Virus record (IMG/VR): IMGVR_UViG_3300025151_000023
Coordinates: 1-64,000 of that record
Source: a virus
DNA: 64,000 nt
Direction: 5' to 3' (one strand)
A model generated the notes under the pieces. That model made no database searches. It was not told the origin of the DNA and worked only from the letters and a program-made list of their open reading frames with translations. The position numbers were made by a program, and so were the translations under genes. Shown here piece by piece: positions 18,160 through 28,124 of the stretch (positions are counted from its first letter, which is position 1; each line of letters starts with the position of its first letter).

Positions 18160-18393
18160 TTATTCCTTTTTCTTTTTCTTCTTCCCCCAACTACCACGCT
18201 TAAATTTTTCTACAATTTCTCCCTCGCGATTTTCTCCTGGCGGATGCCATGTAACTTTATTGCCTCGTCTGTTAAGCCATTGGTCTATTGCTTGGTTTTC
18301 TAAATCTCTTGCTGAGTTAATTGCTTCAGTACTTTCTAAATTGTTTTGTAAAGGAACATGAATAGTATTCTTAGGTTTTTTATTCGTAGTCAT
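18160..18393 (-). CDS. hypothetical protein
   Basis: AGGAG upstream; coupled operon position. Confidence 0.6.
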   Translation of the reverse strand: MTTNKKPKNTIHVPLQNNLESTEAINSARDLENQAIDQWLNRRGNKVTWHPPGENREGEIVEKFKRGSWGKKKKKKE

Positions 18394-18562
18394 TGTATCT
18401 CCTTGTCATTATAAGGTGCAGTCTCTCCCATTGTAGTCTTGTAGCCACTTGTTTCCAATCTCTACAATCACGCATTGCTTTTTTTCCAAGTTCATTTTTA
18501 CACTTGCGTAGTTTTTCATACCACTTACCTCTTTTGGTTAGTTCAACACTGTCCTGCATCAA
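18380..18562 (-). CDS. hypothetical protein
   Basis: Overlaps the bS21 stop; operon position. Confidence 0.55.
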   Translation of the reverse strand: MMQDSVELTKRGKWYEKLRKCKNELGKKAMRDCRDWKQVATRLQWERLHLIMTRRYNDYE

Positions 18563-18762
18563 AAACCAATAGCATCTCTTTTACGTTTTTCTTTAGCTAC
18601 TCTAGCCATAGATTCTTTCTTTTTTCTTTGACGTTTCAACGTTGGTTTCTCATAAAATTTACGTAACTTTAATTCCCACATCAAGCCTTCTTTGTCTAGT
18701 TTCTTTTTAAGTTTACGCATGGCTTTTTCCACGTTGTTATCTTTAACTTTTACTTCAATCAC
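18559..18762 (-). CDS. rpsU: ribosomal protein bS21
   Basis: V.DNNVEKAMRKLKKK...EG...ELK.R.FYEKP; AAGGAG SD before GTG. Confidence 0.92.
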   Translation of the reverse strand: MIEVKVKDNNVEKAMRKLKKKLDKEGLMWELKLRKFYEKPTLKRQRKKKESMARVAKEKRKRDAIGF

Positions 18763-18796
18763 TGTTTCTCCTTGTATAGTTGTTTATGGGTATTGC

Positions 18797-19471
18797 TCAT
18801 TCTATACCCGCTTCACGTAGTGTATTCTTCACAAAATCAAAATCTTCTTCTCTTTTGCGAAAAGCTCTTTTCCAATATTCTGGGTCTATCATTTCGAATA
18901 TTATTTTGATATGATCATCATGCATTGTTGATATCATGTCTTTTCCTGTGTGACAATTTAATAGTACCCACGGTGAAATTCTTCCGTTTGCAATCAATTG
19001 AGTAACTCTATTGAGGTTAACATATTTGAAAAAGTCTTCAAGTCTTGCATCTTCTTGCTCGGCCCATTCGCCCATTGTTATTACTGTTCTGTTAAGGGCT
19101 TGTGTAACTGCTTCAGTTCTCACTAACTGTTTTATGTATGTATCTACAGTTGCTTGTCTGGGCCAAAGATCAACTTTTATTTTTGAAGTGCATAACCAAT
19201 CAATAAATGCACCTATTTCAATGGGTGTATTTTCTGTTATAAATTTTGCTGTTTTTATGAATGCATTGTAGTATTGTGACTGTGTAAATTCTGTGTAAGT
19301 TTTGTGTTTCTGTGTTGGAAAATTTATTTCATAAAATCTTCTATAAATTTCGAACCCTAATACGTGAATTTTATTGTGTCTTTGTTCCCAACGCCTTTTT
19401 GGTTCGCACAAGTGTACTTGCAAAGTTTTTTCTCTGCTAAATGTTTTGTTGCAATATTCACATGTTGGCAT
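18797..19471 (-). CDS. C2H2-type zinc-finger conserved phage protein
   Basis: CEYCNKTF...H.C; GRISPW. Confidence 0.75.
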   Translation of the reverse strand: MPTCEYCNKTFSREKTLQVHLCEPKRRWEQRHNKIHVLGFEIYRRFYEINFPTQKHKTYTEFTQSQYYNAFIKTAKFITENTPIEIGAFIDWLCTSKIKVDLWPRQATVDTYIKQLVRTEAVTQALNRTVITMGEWAEQEDARLEDFFKYVNLNRVTQLIANGRISPWVLLNCHTGKDMISTMHDDHIKIIFEMIDPEYWKRAFRKREEDFDFVKNTLREAGIE

Positions 19472-19497
19472 TGTTTGTACTTGTACTGCTAGTTGCA

Positions 19498-19944
19498 CTA
19501 CACTATGCCGTGTTGTTTTTTTAGTTCTAAAAATTCCTTATTACTCATTGTTTTATCTAGTACGTCTAAATCTTTTTGTTTTGCTGTTGGAAATATTTCT
19601 TGTAGATCCTTCATTTTTGATTTTGTGGTTGTCTTTGCTTTTTTTGGATATATCCATTTGTGGAACAATACAAATGTACTGCCACACATTGCATTTAGTT
19701 TCCATAGCAGACCTTTGTGATTTTTACTTAAAGTCCACAAATGTTTGTTTAAGTTTTCGTTAGTTTCTTCCACATAAAATTCTTGCACTGCACGATCTTT
19801 GTGTTCAACTGATGCAGACCATTTTAGTGCCATGTAAGGTGAGTACAGTTTTTGTTCATCTTCAGTTAATTTGCTATACCATTTTTTATCACGATTATCA
19901 ACTGCTCTCATTAATCTTTTGATGTCTAAAAATTTAGCAACCAT
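19498..19944 (-). CDS. clamp-loader small subunit-like protein (T4 gp62-like)
   Basis: YSPYM..KW.ASV motif, size, replication context. Confidence 0.5.
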   Translation of the reverse strand: MVAKFLDIKRLMRAVDNRDKKWYSKLTEDEQKLYSPYMALKWSASVEHKDRAVQEFYVEETNENLNKHLWTLSKNHKGLLWKLNAMCGSTFVLFHKWIYPKKAKTTTKSKMKDLQEIFPTAKQKDLDVLDKTMSNKEFLELKKQHGIV

Positions 19945-19952
19945 AAATTTTA

Positions 19953-20759
19953 TTATAACTTCTGCTTAACAGTTGCGTCTAGTATTTTTAATTTGGTTAT
20001 TAATTTTCTAAACTCATCTGGTGTTACCATGTTGGGCCCATCTGATGGAGCATTGTCTGGATCATCGTGTACTTCTAAAAATACACCAGCAATACCTTGA
20101 GCTACTGCTGATAAACAAAGCGGTTCTATCATAGTACGATCACCACCAGAGCTAGAACCAAGTCCGCCTGGTTGTTGCACAGAGTGTGTGCCGTCAAATA
20201 TTACAGGACATAGGTTTTTCATATATGAAAATCCTCTCATATCGACTACTAAGTTATTATAGCCAAACATTGTACCACGTTCGGTAATCATAAACATGTC
20301 GTTCCAGGATTCGTTGACTTTTATTTTAATGTTATCAACATCAGTGTAAGAAAGAAACTGTCCTTTTTTTACATTAACGACACGTTTTGTTTCGGCTGCC
20401 GCTTGTATTAAATCAGTTTGTCTACACAAAAAAGCAGGAATCTGTATAATGTCAACTACTTCTCCAGTTACACCACATTGATCAGGTTCATGCACATCTG
20501 TTAACAGTGGACATTCAAATTCTTTGCCAACCTTTTCTAATATTTCTAAACCTTGTTTTAAGCCAACGCCACGTGCACCGTTAACAGAAGATCTGTTAGC
20601 TTTGTCAAAAGAAGATTTATACACCCAACGTACACCTACCTCATGGCAAATGTCTGCAATTTTTTCTGCCATTTTCAATGCATGTGTTTCTGATTCTATT
20701 TGGCAAGGTCCAGCAATAATTTTTAATGGAGCATCGTTTACAAATTTAAAGTTAAGCAT
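19953..20759 (-). CDS. kdsA: 3-deoxy-D-manno-octulosonate 8-phosphate synthase
   Basis: IAGPCQIES, KSSFDKANRSS, QIPAFLCRQTDL, KKGQF, ERG, DGTHSVQQPG, SDGP. Confidence 0.95.
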   Translation of the reverse strand: MLNFKFVNDAPLKIIAGPCQIESETHALKMAEKIADICHEVGVRWVYKSSFDKANRSSVNGARGVGLKQGLEILEKVGKEFECPLLTDVHEPDQCGVTGEVVDIIQIPAFLCRQTDLIQAAAETKRVVNVKKGQFLSYTDVDNIKIKVNESWNDMFMITERGTMFGYNNLVVDMRGFSYMKNLCPVIFDGTHSVQQPGGLGSSSGGDRTMIEPLCLSAVAQGIAGVFLEVHDDPDNAPSDGPNMVTPDEFRKLITKLKILDATVKQKL

Positions 20760-21285
20760 GAAATAAATTATTTAAAATTACTTGATCAGTGTTGCGATTT
20801 ATTTCTTTGATAAAATATATGCAAGGTGGATTACTTTTAGTTTGTAATGGTACTGAAAGCAACTGGTTGCTTCTTGTTCTAGGAAAGTACCATTCAACCT
20901 CATTATAAATGTTTACTAATTTTATTTCCTGATATGATGGCATAACACTTGTTAGGGGGTTATAACAAAATGCATGAAATGAACGATCATTTAATGATGT
21001 TAAAGGTAAAATTTCTAAATCACCGCATTCCGGATCGCCTAGTAGTATGTGCCAGTCTAATGGCATTTGTATTTTTCCACCTTCGTCGCGTGAAGTATTA
21101 CCTGGCATAATCTCAAGCACCGCAGATGGTGATGAAAACGATTCAAGGTATATCAATGGAACAAAAAAGAAATCTGGATTTTTTGGATCAGAATTATCCA
21201 ACACTGAAAAACGCATATCTTCATCTACTTGGTCTGGTACTTTGTTTAAAAGATAAGTTGTGTTTTCAAGTGTTAAAATCTGCAT
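20752..21285 (-). CDS. conserved phage hypothetical protein
   Basis: Long ORF, FFFVPLIYLESF; TATAAT 8 nt upstream. Confidence 0.7.
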   Translation of the reverse strand: MQILTLENTTYLLNKVPDQVDEDMRFSVLDNSDPKNPDFFFVPLIYLESFSSPSAVLEIMPGNTSRDEGGKIQMPLDWHILLGDPECGDLEILPLTSLNDRSFHAFCYNPLTSVMPSYQEIKLVNIYNEVEWYFPRTRSNQLLSVPLQTKSNPPCIYFIKEINRNTDQVILNNLFHA

Positions 21286-21306
21286 ATGTTTTAATTATAT
21301 TATGAT

Positions 21307-22761
21307 TTATGACTCATAGTCAACCTTTGTTACAGAAAAAGGATATTGAGCTTCACGATAAAACTTTTTACGTTCTGTAAGATGTCGTTTAGAAAACTTT
21401 GCAGTTGAGCACAAATCCCATACTTGTACAAAGTCTTTATCTTTTGCTTTACGAATACCTCTTCCTATGCTTTGTATTACTCTTACAAAAGATTTGCCTG
21501 GTTCTAGCAAAACCAAATTGAATATACGTGGCAAGTTTATGCCTACAGCCGCAACACCATAAGTAGCAATAATCACTTTATCTTTTTCGGTTTGTATTTC
21601 GTCATACGTTTCTTTTCTGTCATCTGATTTAGTTGCACCACTTACAAAAGTTGAATTTGGTATTGCTTCTTGTAACAACTCTCCTGATTTGACCCGATCC
21701 ACTAATATAAGAGTGTTGCCGCTTTTTACCATTTCTTGCACTAAACGCCCAATGTATTTTATTCTAGACGGTTTTGTAACCAAATGTGTTTGCTCTTCTC
21801 TGTAATTTTTGTATTCTACCCAATCAACCATTTGCATAATTTCAATTTGTAACTGTGCTAACAATCCTTTTTCTTGCAGTTCAACAGCAGATACTTTGTT
21901 AATAACATCACCTAACGAAACGTGTAATGATTTGAATTCATAATCTTTTTTAGGCACAGTGCCAGTTAGTCCCCAGCGTATTGGCACAAACCCATATACA
22001 TTTGTCAGCAGTCGTTTCAATACATCTGCCTTTGCCATGTGTACTTCATCTACAATTACACATATAACGTCACGTTTGAATTCTTCTATTAGATCATCCT
22101 CGCCATTTTGTCTTTTCTTCTCCAGTATGTTTAAAGATTGCCATGTTGCAATAGTATGTGTATGCCCTACTTCTTTTTTATCACCAAAGTATACACCAAC
22201 ATCTAAACCCATGTTTACATAATCTTCTAAAGTTTGTGTGACCAATGACTTGTTTGGTACAATAATAATACTTCTTCCATATGGTTCAATGAGTTTGCTC
22301 AACGCCGCAGTAATAATTGTTTTACCTGCCGCAGTGGCTACTTCCTGTAAGCACTGTGGATTATCTAAAAAATTATTAATTACTTCAACTTGATGTTCAC
22401 GTAATTGTATTGGTTCGCCTGCATTATTATGACCTTCTGGCCACTTTACATGTGCAAAGCTATCTGTTGTTACTTTGTCAAAATGTAATTCATAATGTTT
22501 TCTTTGATCAGCTAGATCAAATGTGTAGTTGTATTGTTCAAGTAATGGTATTATTTCATCTAGTAAATTCACATAAGTCAATCCACCTTGTGAAAAGAAA
22601 GATACAGTGCCATCCCATCTGCCTAGTCTAACTGCTGGCATAAAGCGTGCGCCTGGAATTTCATATTTGAATTTGTTTGTAAGTTTTCTTCTTGTGACTA
22701 GATCAAGTCCTTCTAGTTTTACGTTAACTTCGTCTTTGATTATTATATTACAGTGTGGCAC
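21307..22761 (-). CDS. uvsW: SF2 DNA helicase UvsW-like
   Basis: ATAAGKT, VDEVH, GLTGT, QSIGRGIR. Confidence 0.9.
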   Translation of the reverse strand: MPHCNIIIKDEVNVKLEGLDLVTRRKLTNKFKYEIPGARFMPAVRLGRWDGTVSFFSQGGLTYVNLLDEIIPLLEQYNYTFDLADQRKHYELHFDKVTTDSFAHVKWPEGHNNAGEPIQLREHQVEVINNFLDNPQCLQEVATAAGKTIITAALSKLIEPYGRSIIIVPNKSLVTQTLEDYVNMGLDVGVYFGDKKEVGHTHTIATWQSLNILEKKRQNGEDDLIEEFKRDVICVIVDEVHMAKADVLKRLLTNVYGFVPIRWGLTGTVPKKDYEFKSLHVSLGDVINKVSAVELQEKGLLAQLQIEIMQMVDWVEYKNYREEQTHLVTKPSRIKYIGRLVQEMVKSGNTLILVDRVKSGELLQEAIPNSTFVSGATKSDDRKETYDEIQTEKDKVIIATYGVAAVGINLPRIFNLVLLEPGKSFVRVIQSIGRGIRKAKDKDFVQVWDLCSTAKFSKRHLTERKKFYREAQYPFSVTKVDYES

Positions 22762-22900
22762 AGTAGTAATATAGCATCATTTATTTTTAGTTGCGACAAG
22801 TTTTTCTTTTACAGATTGCCAAAACTGCTGAGCCCATTTTGTCTCAGCAGTTAAGATTATTTTTTCTACGTTTGATAAACGCAATTTATATAAAAAATTA

Positions 22901-23257
22901 TTATACAGCGATTGCTTCTTCGTTTTCATTCATAGATTCTTCTTCATCAGCTTGGCTGGAATCTACAGCATTTAGTGGTTCAGGTTGTGCAGATTGAATC
23001 TCACTTGTAATTGCCATGGTTGTTTTTGTAGCAATCCCAGTGAATCTTGTAACAGTACCATCAGCTAAAATTTTAAATGAGCCTGCTGTTCTACCTTCAC
23101 CAGTTTCGCTTAGTTTATGCACTACACCGTTAATAGTGCCATCCATTGTAGACCTACCTACAATGTACATGTAAGTTCCAGACTTACCTTTGTAAGTTGT
23201 ACCTTCGTGACATAAAGTTTCTTGTATTTTGTTTAAGACTAATTGTGCGTTTGTCAT
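22901..23257 (-). CDS. hypothetical early protein
   Basis: Own promoter; AAGGT SD. Confidence 0.7.
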   Translation of the reverse strand: MTNAQLVLNKIQETLCHEGTTYKGKSGTYMYIVGRSTMDGTINGVVHKLSETGEGRTAGSFKILADGTVTRFTGIATKTTMAITSEIQSAQPEPLNAVDSSQADEEESMNENEEAIAV

Positions 23258-23290
23258 ATATTATACCTTTGTTTATAGTTTATACATTAC

Positions 23291-23319
23291 ATTATATGGT
23301 ATAACCGTAATTACGTCAA
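23291..23319 (-). promoter_or_regulatory. sigma70-type early promoter
   Basis: TTGACG-17nt-TATAAT. Confidence 0.7.
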
Positions 23320-23361
23320 CCACCAAAAAACCGCAATTTATAAGGATTTTTTGATATAGTA

Positions 23362-23757
23362 TTAGTTTTTTTTAGCTTTTTCTTCTGAAATACTTTGTTG
23401 TATTGTGTCTAAAAACCATGGATTATCTCTCAACACAGTCATCATCCAATTGGTCATTGAGTTTACTGCTTGTTCTTCGTTATCATCATCATGTAAAGGA
23501 CCGCCTTGTGCATTCAATGATGAATGATAAACTATAGCATGGATCACTTCATGTAATAAAGTATTAGCTAGATCTAATCCTTTGGCTTCTTCTTGTATTT
23601 CAATTTTGTTTTCTCTAGCAACATACTGTCCCCAATAGTCTGAATTATTTTTAATAAACGATGTTTTTACACGTTCTATTTTTACATCCTTCCAACCTAT
23701 TTTTATAGAGTTTGGAAGTTGTTCATTAAGTGTTTTTTTAACCATTTTCTTTTTCAT
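23362..23757 (-). CDS. HEXXH metalloprotease-like protein
   Basis: TLLHEVIHA...EEQ. Confidence 0.7.
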   Translation of the reverse strand: MKKKMVKKTLNEQLPNSIKIGWKDVKIERVKTSFIKNNSDYWGQYVARENKIEIQEEAKGLDLANTLLHEVIHAIVYHSSLNAQGGPLHDDDNEEQAVNSMTNWMMTVLRDNPWFLDTIQQSISEEKAKKN

Positions 23758-24421
23758 CTATGATAGTATTCAATTCATTATATGTTATGGACTTGCAGTT
23801 GTCAAGTTCGAAAAATGCTTTTGGTAAATTACCGTCTACAAATCTAAAACTAATTGATTGATTTTTTTGCATAAAAGTATAGATCTGTTTAGCCCATACT
23901 GTTTGGTGCACTATGGTATCGCTTGTTGCGTACCCATTGGTATCTTTGTAGATGTTGAAATTAGGACCATCCTCTGCACAATCAAAACCAAAACAGATTA
24001 AATCAGTGTGTCCATCTTGAACTGCAATACTCATGCAAGTTGTGCCTGTGCCTAACATTTGGTTGTTTGGTATCAAATGGCTTGTGCCTCCGTATCGACT
24101 CATACACAAATGGTTAGTGTAGACAATATTTTTTTGATCATATTCTGCTTCGACAACTTCCTGATACATTTTCCTGTCGACAATCACTAAAAAGTCAGGA
24201 GTGTAATCTCTATACAACGCATTGCACCCGTATGTATCTTGTGGTAGTTTGTATAGATCAAAACCTATGCGTGATGGCCCGTTGCCTATTATAAATGCAG
24301 ATTTACCTGCAGGATCATTAAACACAGTTCTTGGCATCCATTGGCGCTCATAATGTTTTTTGCCTTGTTTGATCAAAATGTTTGTAATTATTTCTTCGCC
24401 TTTGTACTCACTTAATGCCAT
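23738..24421 (-). CDS. DUF115/Maf-like (CstII-type GT-fold) transferase
   Basis: IIGNGPS, YGCNA, PDFLVIVD, GFD. Confidence 0.7.
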   Translation of the reverse strand: MALSEYKGEEIITNILIKQGKKHYERQWMPRTVFNDPAGKSAFIIGNGPSRIGFDLYKLPQDTYGCNALYRDYTPDFLVIVDRKMYQEVVEAEYDQKNIVYTNHLCMSRYGGTSHLIPNNQMLGTGTTCMSIAVQDGHTDLICFGFDCAEDGPNFNIYKDTNGYATSDTIVHQTVWAKQIYTFMQKNQSISFRFVDGNLPKAFFELDNCKSITYNELNTIIDEKENG

Positions 24422-24439
24422 ACTATTACTTTACTACTT

Positions 24440-25144
24440 TTACTGCCAGTTGTCTATAATCAATGGATCTTTTTCAACTTCGGCTGGATTTGGTTTTCCG
24501 TGCATTACAATTACTGCACATTCGTCTGGTAAGCCATGCTTCACTTTGTTAAATTTTTTTTCTACAAATTTATCATGTGGAGAACGCTTTTTCTCTCCTG
24601 GCTCTAGACCTATTTCCCATTTGTAAGACATTACCCAGTCACGTGGCCATATAGGAGATTGGCGATAAATTGAAGTCATGTAGTCTTGATCGCCTCGAAA
24701 CTGGCTTATTATTTTTTTTGGGTCGTTCACAAATTTTTTCCACACATGAACTTCTTGTCCTGCATTAAATTTCATTACAGACGAATTACGCACATGGTAA
24801 TTTGGAATTCGGCATCTGTTAAAGTCTTGTATTATAACAAATGCATCGCCTTCGAAATCCCACAAATGGTCAATGTTTCTAATTACAACAATGTCTAAGT
24901 CCATAAACAACACTCTGCCTTTTAGACCTATATCATCTCTAAACATATGAATTTTATTCCACCATGTTGGAAAAAGAGGTTCTACAACAATTTGATTGAT
25001 TTCTGGACGCCAATCTTTTTTAGAATCTGTAATTACATTAAACGTGATGTCATTTGAGTGCCTAGTAACCATGTTGTACAGTTTGTCAACATACATTGTA
25101 CCGTACTTGTTACCTGTGCAAACACAAACGAAAGACTTAATCAT
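24440..25144 (-). CDS. GT-A glycosyltransferase (GT8-like)
   Basis: WWNKI.MF, FMDLD, NSSVM, GDQ, HGKPNP. Confidence 0.8.
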   Translation of the reverse strand: MIKSFVCVCTGNKYGTMYVDKLYNMVTRHSNDITFNVITDSKKDWRPEINQIVVEPLFPTWWNKIHMFRDDIGLKGRVLFMDLDIVVIRNIDHLWDFEGDAFVIIQDFNRCRIPNYHVRNSSVMKFNAGQEVHVWKKFVNDPKKIISQFRGDQDYMTSIYRQSPIWPRDWVMSYKWEIGLEPGEKKRSPHDKFVEKKFNKVKHGLPDECAVIVMHGKPNPAEVEKDPLIIDNWQ

Positions 25145-25668
25145 TTAATTTCCATGTATCCAATACTAATTCTGTTTGTGTAACTACCAACACTATGCCA
25201 AAATGGATTTTGCTTTGATGTTGAAAATTTTCTGATTGTTACTCCTTTTCTTTCTGGCTCAGTAATTATATTTTTATTTTCAGCATCGTAATATCTAAAA
25301 AAACTTTTTCCGTCTTCGGGAGACCAAACAAAATATGTTCTTTCACCTTCTAAGTCAGCGTTTGTGTGCCAGCCGCAATAACTTCCTGGCGGATACCAAA
25401 AAAATCCAGTACATCTATAATTTGGGCCAAGCTCTTCGTCAAATTTAGTTAATGCTTTATTATTAGATTTGTTTAAAAATATTCTGTTGTCGTTGTTAGG
25501 CAGTTCTACTGCTACATTCACGTTACTTTTCATTGCTAAGGCTAAACTAGACTGTGACAGTTTTTCCTCTATCGAAGTGTCTGTAAAATTAAAAGTGCTT
25601 TTGGTCATTGCTGGTTTTACTTCTTCTAGAATTGCTTGTATGTGTTTGTGTATTAAATCTTCATTCAT
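25141..25668 (-). CDS. 2OG-Fe(II) oxygenase-like protein
   Basis: YPPG...GWHTN...FWHSV...RISIG. Confidence 0.7.
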   Translation of the reverse strand: MNEDLIHKHIQAILEEVKPAMTKSTFNFTDTSIEEKLSQSSLALAMKSNVNVAVELPNNDNRIFLNKSNNKALTKFDEELGPNYRCTGFFWYPPGSYCGWHTNADLEGERTYFVWSPEDGKSFFRYYDAENKNIITEPERKGVTIRKFSTSKQNPFWHSVGSYTNRISIGYMEIK

Positions 25669-26510
25669 ATTGCCTCTTTTAATCTACGCCATGGAAGGCC
25701 TTGTTCTATTTCGTCAACGAACCATTCACAATAACTTATCTTTTTAAGCCATTCAGTTCTATCAGGTGTGACTGGATTTTCTATGTCACCTCCTATCGTA
25801 TTGCCAACATATCTACATAACGAACTGTTGTCAACAAATACAGGCACACCTTCTAGCACCGATTCTATTGCTGGATTTGAATTATAATTTACAACTGCAT
25901 GTGCATCTTGCAAAAGTTTTTTAAAGTCAACTTCGTCAACATTACCTGTAGGTTTTGGCGTTGATATATGCACGTCTTTATATTTTTTAGTTAATGGTTG
26001 TGCATTAATTTTATGCCTGGGGTGTATTCTTATAAAAACTTTTCTATTGCTTTGAGATCGTATCCATTGTAGTTGTTTATCTACCCATTCAATCATGTTG
26101 CCACCATGCCATGCCGCTGAGTTTGTATTTTGTGTGCAAATTATAATGTGGGTGCCAGACCTCCATGGTTTAGGATTTAAATTAAATTTTTTTATTCTGG
26201 CATCATCAACATCATCATTTGCAAAGTTGGCTTCTGCATTGATACCACCCAATCCAATACGCCAAGATTGATTTCTCAATAGTCCACCTACTTCTATAAT
26301 TAATAGTTTTGTTTTAGGTTTGTAATATTGATATATTGGTTTCCGTCCATACATGTTCAACAGCACAGACCACATAACAACAACATCAGCATTTGGTCTG
26401 TCTGTGTTAAGACAGATATCATAATCTTCACCTTGGAGAGATTTGATAAATGCTTTCATTACAGGTTTGCCTGCTATAGCACATGTGTCTGGAAATAATG
26501 CAATCTTCAT
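25665..26510 (-). CDS. KpsC/KpsS-like (capsule_synth) glycosyltransferase
   Basis: CTQ, RIHP, VVNYNSNPAIESVLEGVPVF. Confidence 0.7.
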   Translation of the reverse strand: MKIALFPDTCAIAGKPVMKAFIKSLQGEDYDICLNTDRPNADVVVMWSVLLNMYGRKPIYQYYKPKTKLLIIEVGGLLRNQSWRIGLGGINAEANFANDDVDDARIKKFNLNPKPWRSGTHIIICTQNTNSAAWHGGNMIEWVDKQLQWIRSQSNRKVFIRIHPRHKINAQPLTKKYKDVHISTPKPTGNVDEVDFKKLLQDAHAVVNYNSNPAIESVLEGVPVFVDNSSLCRYVGNTIGGDIENPVTPDRTEWLKKISYCEWFVDEIEQGLPWRRLKEAI

Positions 26511-27136
26511 TTAATAAAATTATACAGTCTTTCTGCAATGATTTCATGACCTTTTTTATTAGGATGGTATTTGTTTGGATAAATGTATTGATTGTTTTGA
26601 AATTTTTGTAGTTCGGCTGTTTGATCATTTACATTACCACCTAACATTTCTATTGCATTAGAGTCAACAAATTTTGTATGATCAATACCAGAGTAACTAA
26701 ATTTTATTTTAGTCCATCCTTCTAAATAGACATCTGTCAGATTATGTTTCTGACACATTCTCTGCAGAGCAAGTATAGTCATGTTTGCTTTGTGGTGATC
26801 CATCTCGTCTGATTGTAATTCTGCAAAATATAATTTTTTTAGATAGTCATTTTTAGAGCCTGTTGGACGTATCACTTTGAATTCATTATTTTTATAGTAC
26901 AATTGACGTGTTGGATTGGTTATAAAAAATACACAAACACAGTCATTATATTTTTTAGTTTTAATAAACTTGTCTAATTGTATTACTAAAGAGTCTATTG
27001 CTGTGCCTTCATGACTCATATTGTAATAATCCTCTGTACCTAACATAGCGTGTAAAATATCGCCAAAAGGCTTTTCGCCTTTGTTGAGTTCAGCACCGTA
27101 CGGCCAACTGTCACCAAATACTGCTAACGTTTTCAT
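26507..27136 (-). CDS. SGNH/GDSL-like protein
   Basis: FGDSWPYG, C-terminal YHPNKKGH. Confidence 0.7.
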   Translation of the reverse strand: MKTLAVFGDSWPYGAELNKGEKPFGDILHAMLGTEDYYNMSHEGTAIDSLVIQLDKFIKTKKYNDCVCVFFITNPTRQLYYKNNEFKVIRPTGSKNDYLKKLYFAELQSDEMDHHKANMTILALQRMCQKHNLTDVYLEGWTKIKFSYSGIDHTKFVDSNAIEMLGGNVNDQTAELQKFQNNQYIYPNKYHPNKKGHEIIAERLYNFIK

Positions 27137-27486
27137 TTTGTACTCTTCACGTGGACCACAGACTTGCCACTGATATTAAAATACTTAAAACGTAAATTTG
27201 GTTTGACTAATAATTGTTTTTTATTTTCTCTAGACAGTTCTATGGTGTTGTTTAAAACTGTAAATTCACACACTCCGAACATACACGTTACAAGTCTCCA
27301 GCTTGCATCTGAATTTTCTCTTCTAACTTTGTGTGGCTTGTTGTAATCATAATATTCATTAATGAACGTAAGTGGTTGGACTTTTTTATCAAACTCTTCT
27401 TTATTATATGTGAAGGTAACGTCATTTTTGACATGCTCAATGACGTATAAATTATTTTTTAATACTTCAACAACGTTAGTGATCAT
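27133..27486 (-). CDS. cupin, sugar isomerase/epimerase-like
   Basis: Cupin-like LVTCMFG.C.F...L; glycan-cluster context. Confidence 0.45.
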   Translation of the reverse strand: MITNVVEVLKNNLYVIEHVKNDVTFTYNKEEFDKKVQPLTFINEYYDYNKPHKVRRENSDASWRLVTCMFGVCEFTVLNNTIELSRENKKQLLVKPNLRFKYFNISGKSVVHVKSTK

Positions 27487-28120
27487 CTCTTACGTATATA
27501 CAATCTCTTGTAATTTTAAACTTTCTTGTGTATCCAACGTTTTTCAACCATTGGTCAGTCGCTTGTTTTCCTTGTGCGCCTTGATTAAAAACACAGCGTT
27601 CTATAACAATTATAGGTGAACAATTATCGATTGTATTTTTAGCACCATTCATCACATTTAGTTCTGCACCTTCTACATCAATTTTAAGAACGTCTATGTC
27701 TTTGTAGTTGAATTCGTCTAGTGTTTTTAGTGTTACAGATCCATTATTGTTAGGCACTACTCGAGTCGACCCTAAGTGTTCTGGAACGACAACTTCTAAT
27801 TTGCCTTTAGTATTGCTGTCGTACAAGCCGAATTCGTGCAGTTCAATATTGTCTAGGTCAGCACAATTTTTTTTGAAACACTCTATGTTGTAACTAGCAG
27901 GTTCAAAAGCAGTGATAGTTTTAAAATATTGTGCAAAAACTTTTGACCAACGACCAACATTGCCGCCAACATCAACCATTCTTCTATATTTTGAATTGCG
28001 GTCTGCCAACAATTTAATAGTGTAATCTACTAAAGCAGTGTCATGATTAACAACAGATGGTGCATTATGATGCAATGGTTTATCCCCATCTGGTATGTAA
28101 AATCCATCTACTAATTGCAT
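27476..28120 (-). CDS. FkbM family methyltransferase
   Basis: VDVGGNVG, FEP, LKIDVEGAE. Confidence 0.9.
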   Translation of the reverse strand: MQLVDGFYIPDGDKPLHHNAPSVVNHDTALVDYTIKLLADRNSKYRRMVDVGGNVGRWSKVFAQYFKTITAFEPASYNIECFKKNCADLDNIELHEFGLYDSNTKGKLEVVVPEHLGSTRVVPNNNGSVTLKTLDEFNYKDIDVLKIDVEGAELNVMNGAKNTIDNCSPIIVIERCVFNQGAQGKQATDQWLKNVGYTRKFKITRDCIYVRDDH

Positions 28121-28124
28121 AATT

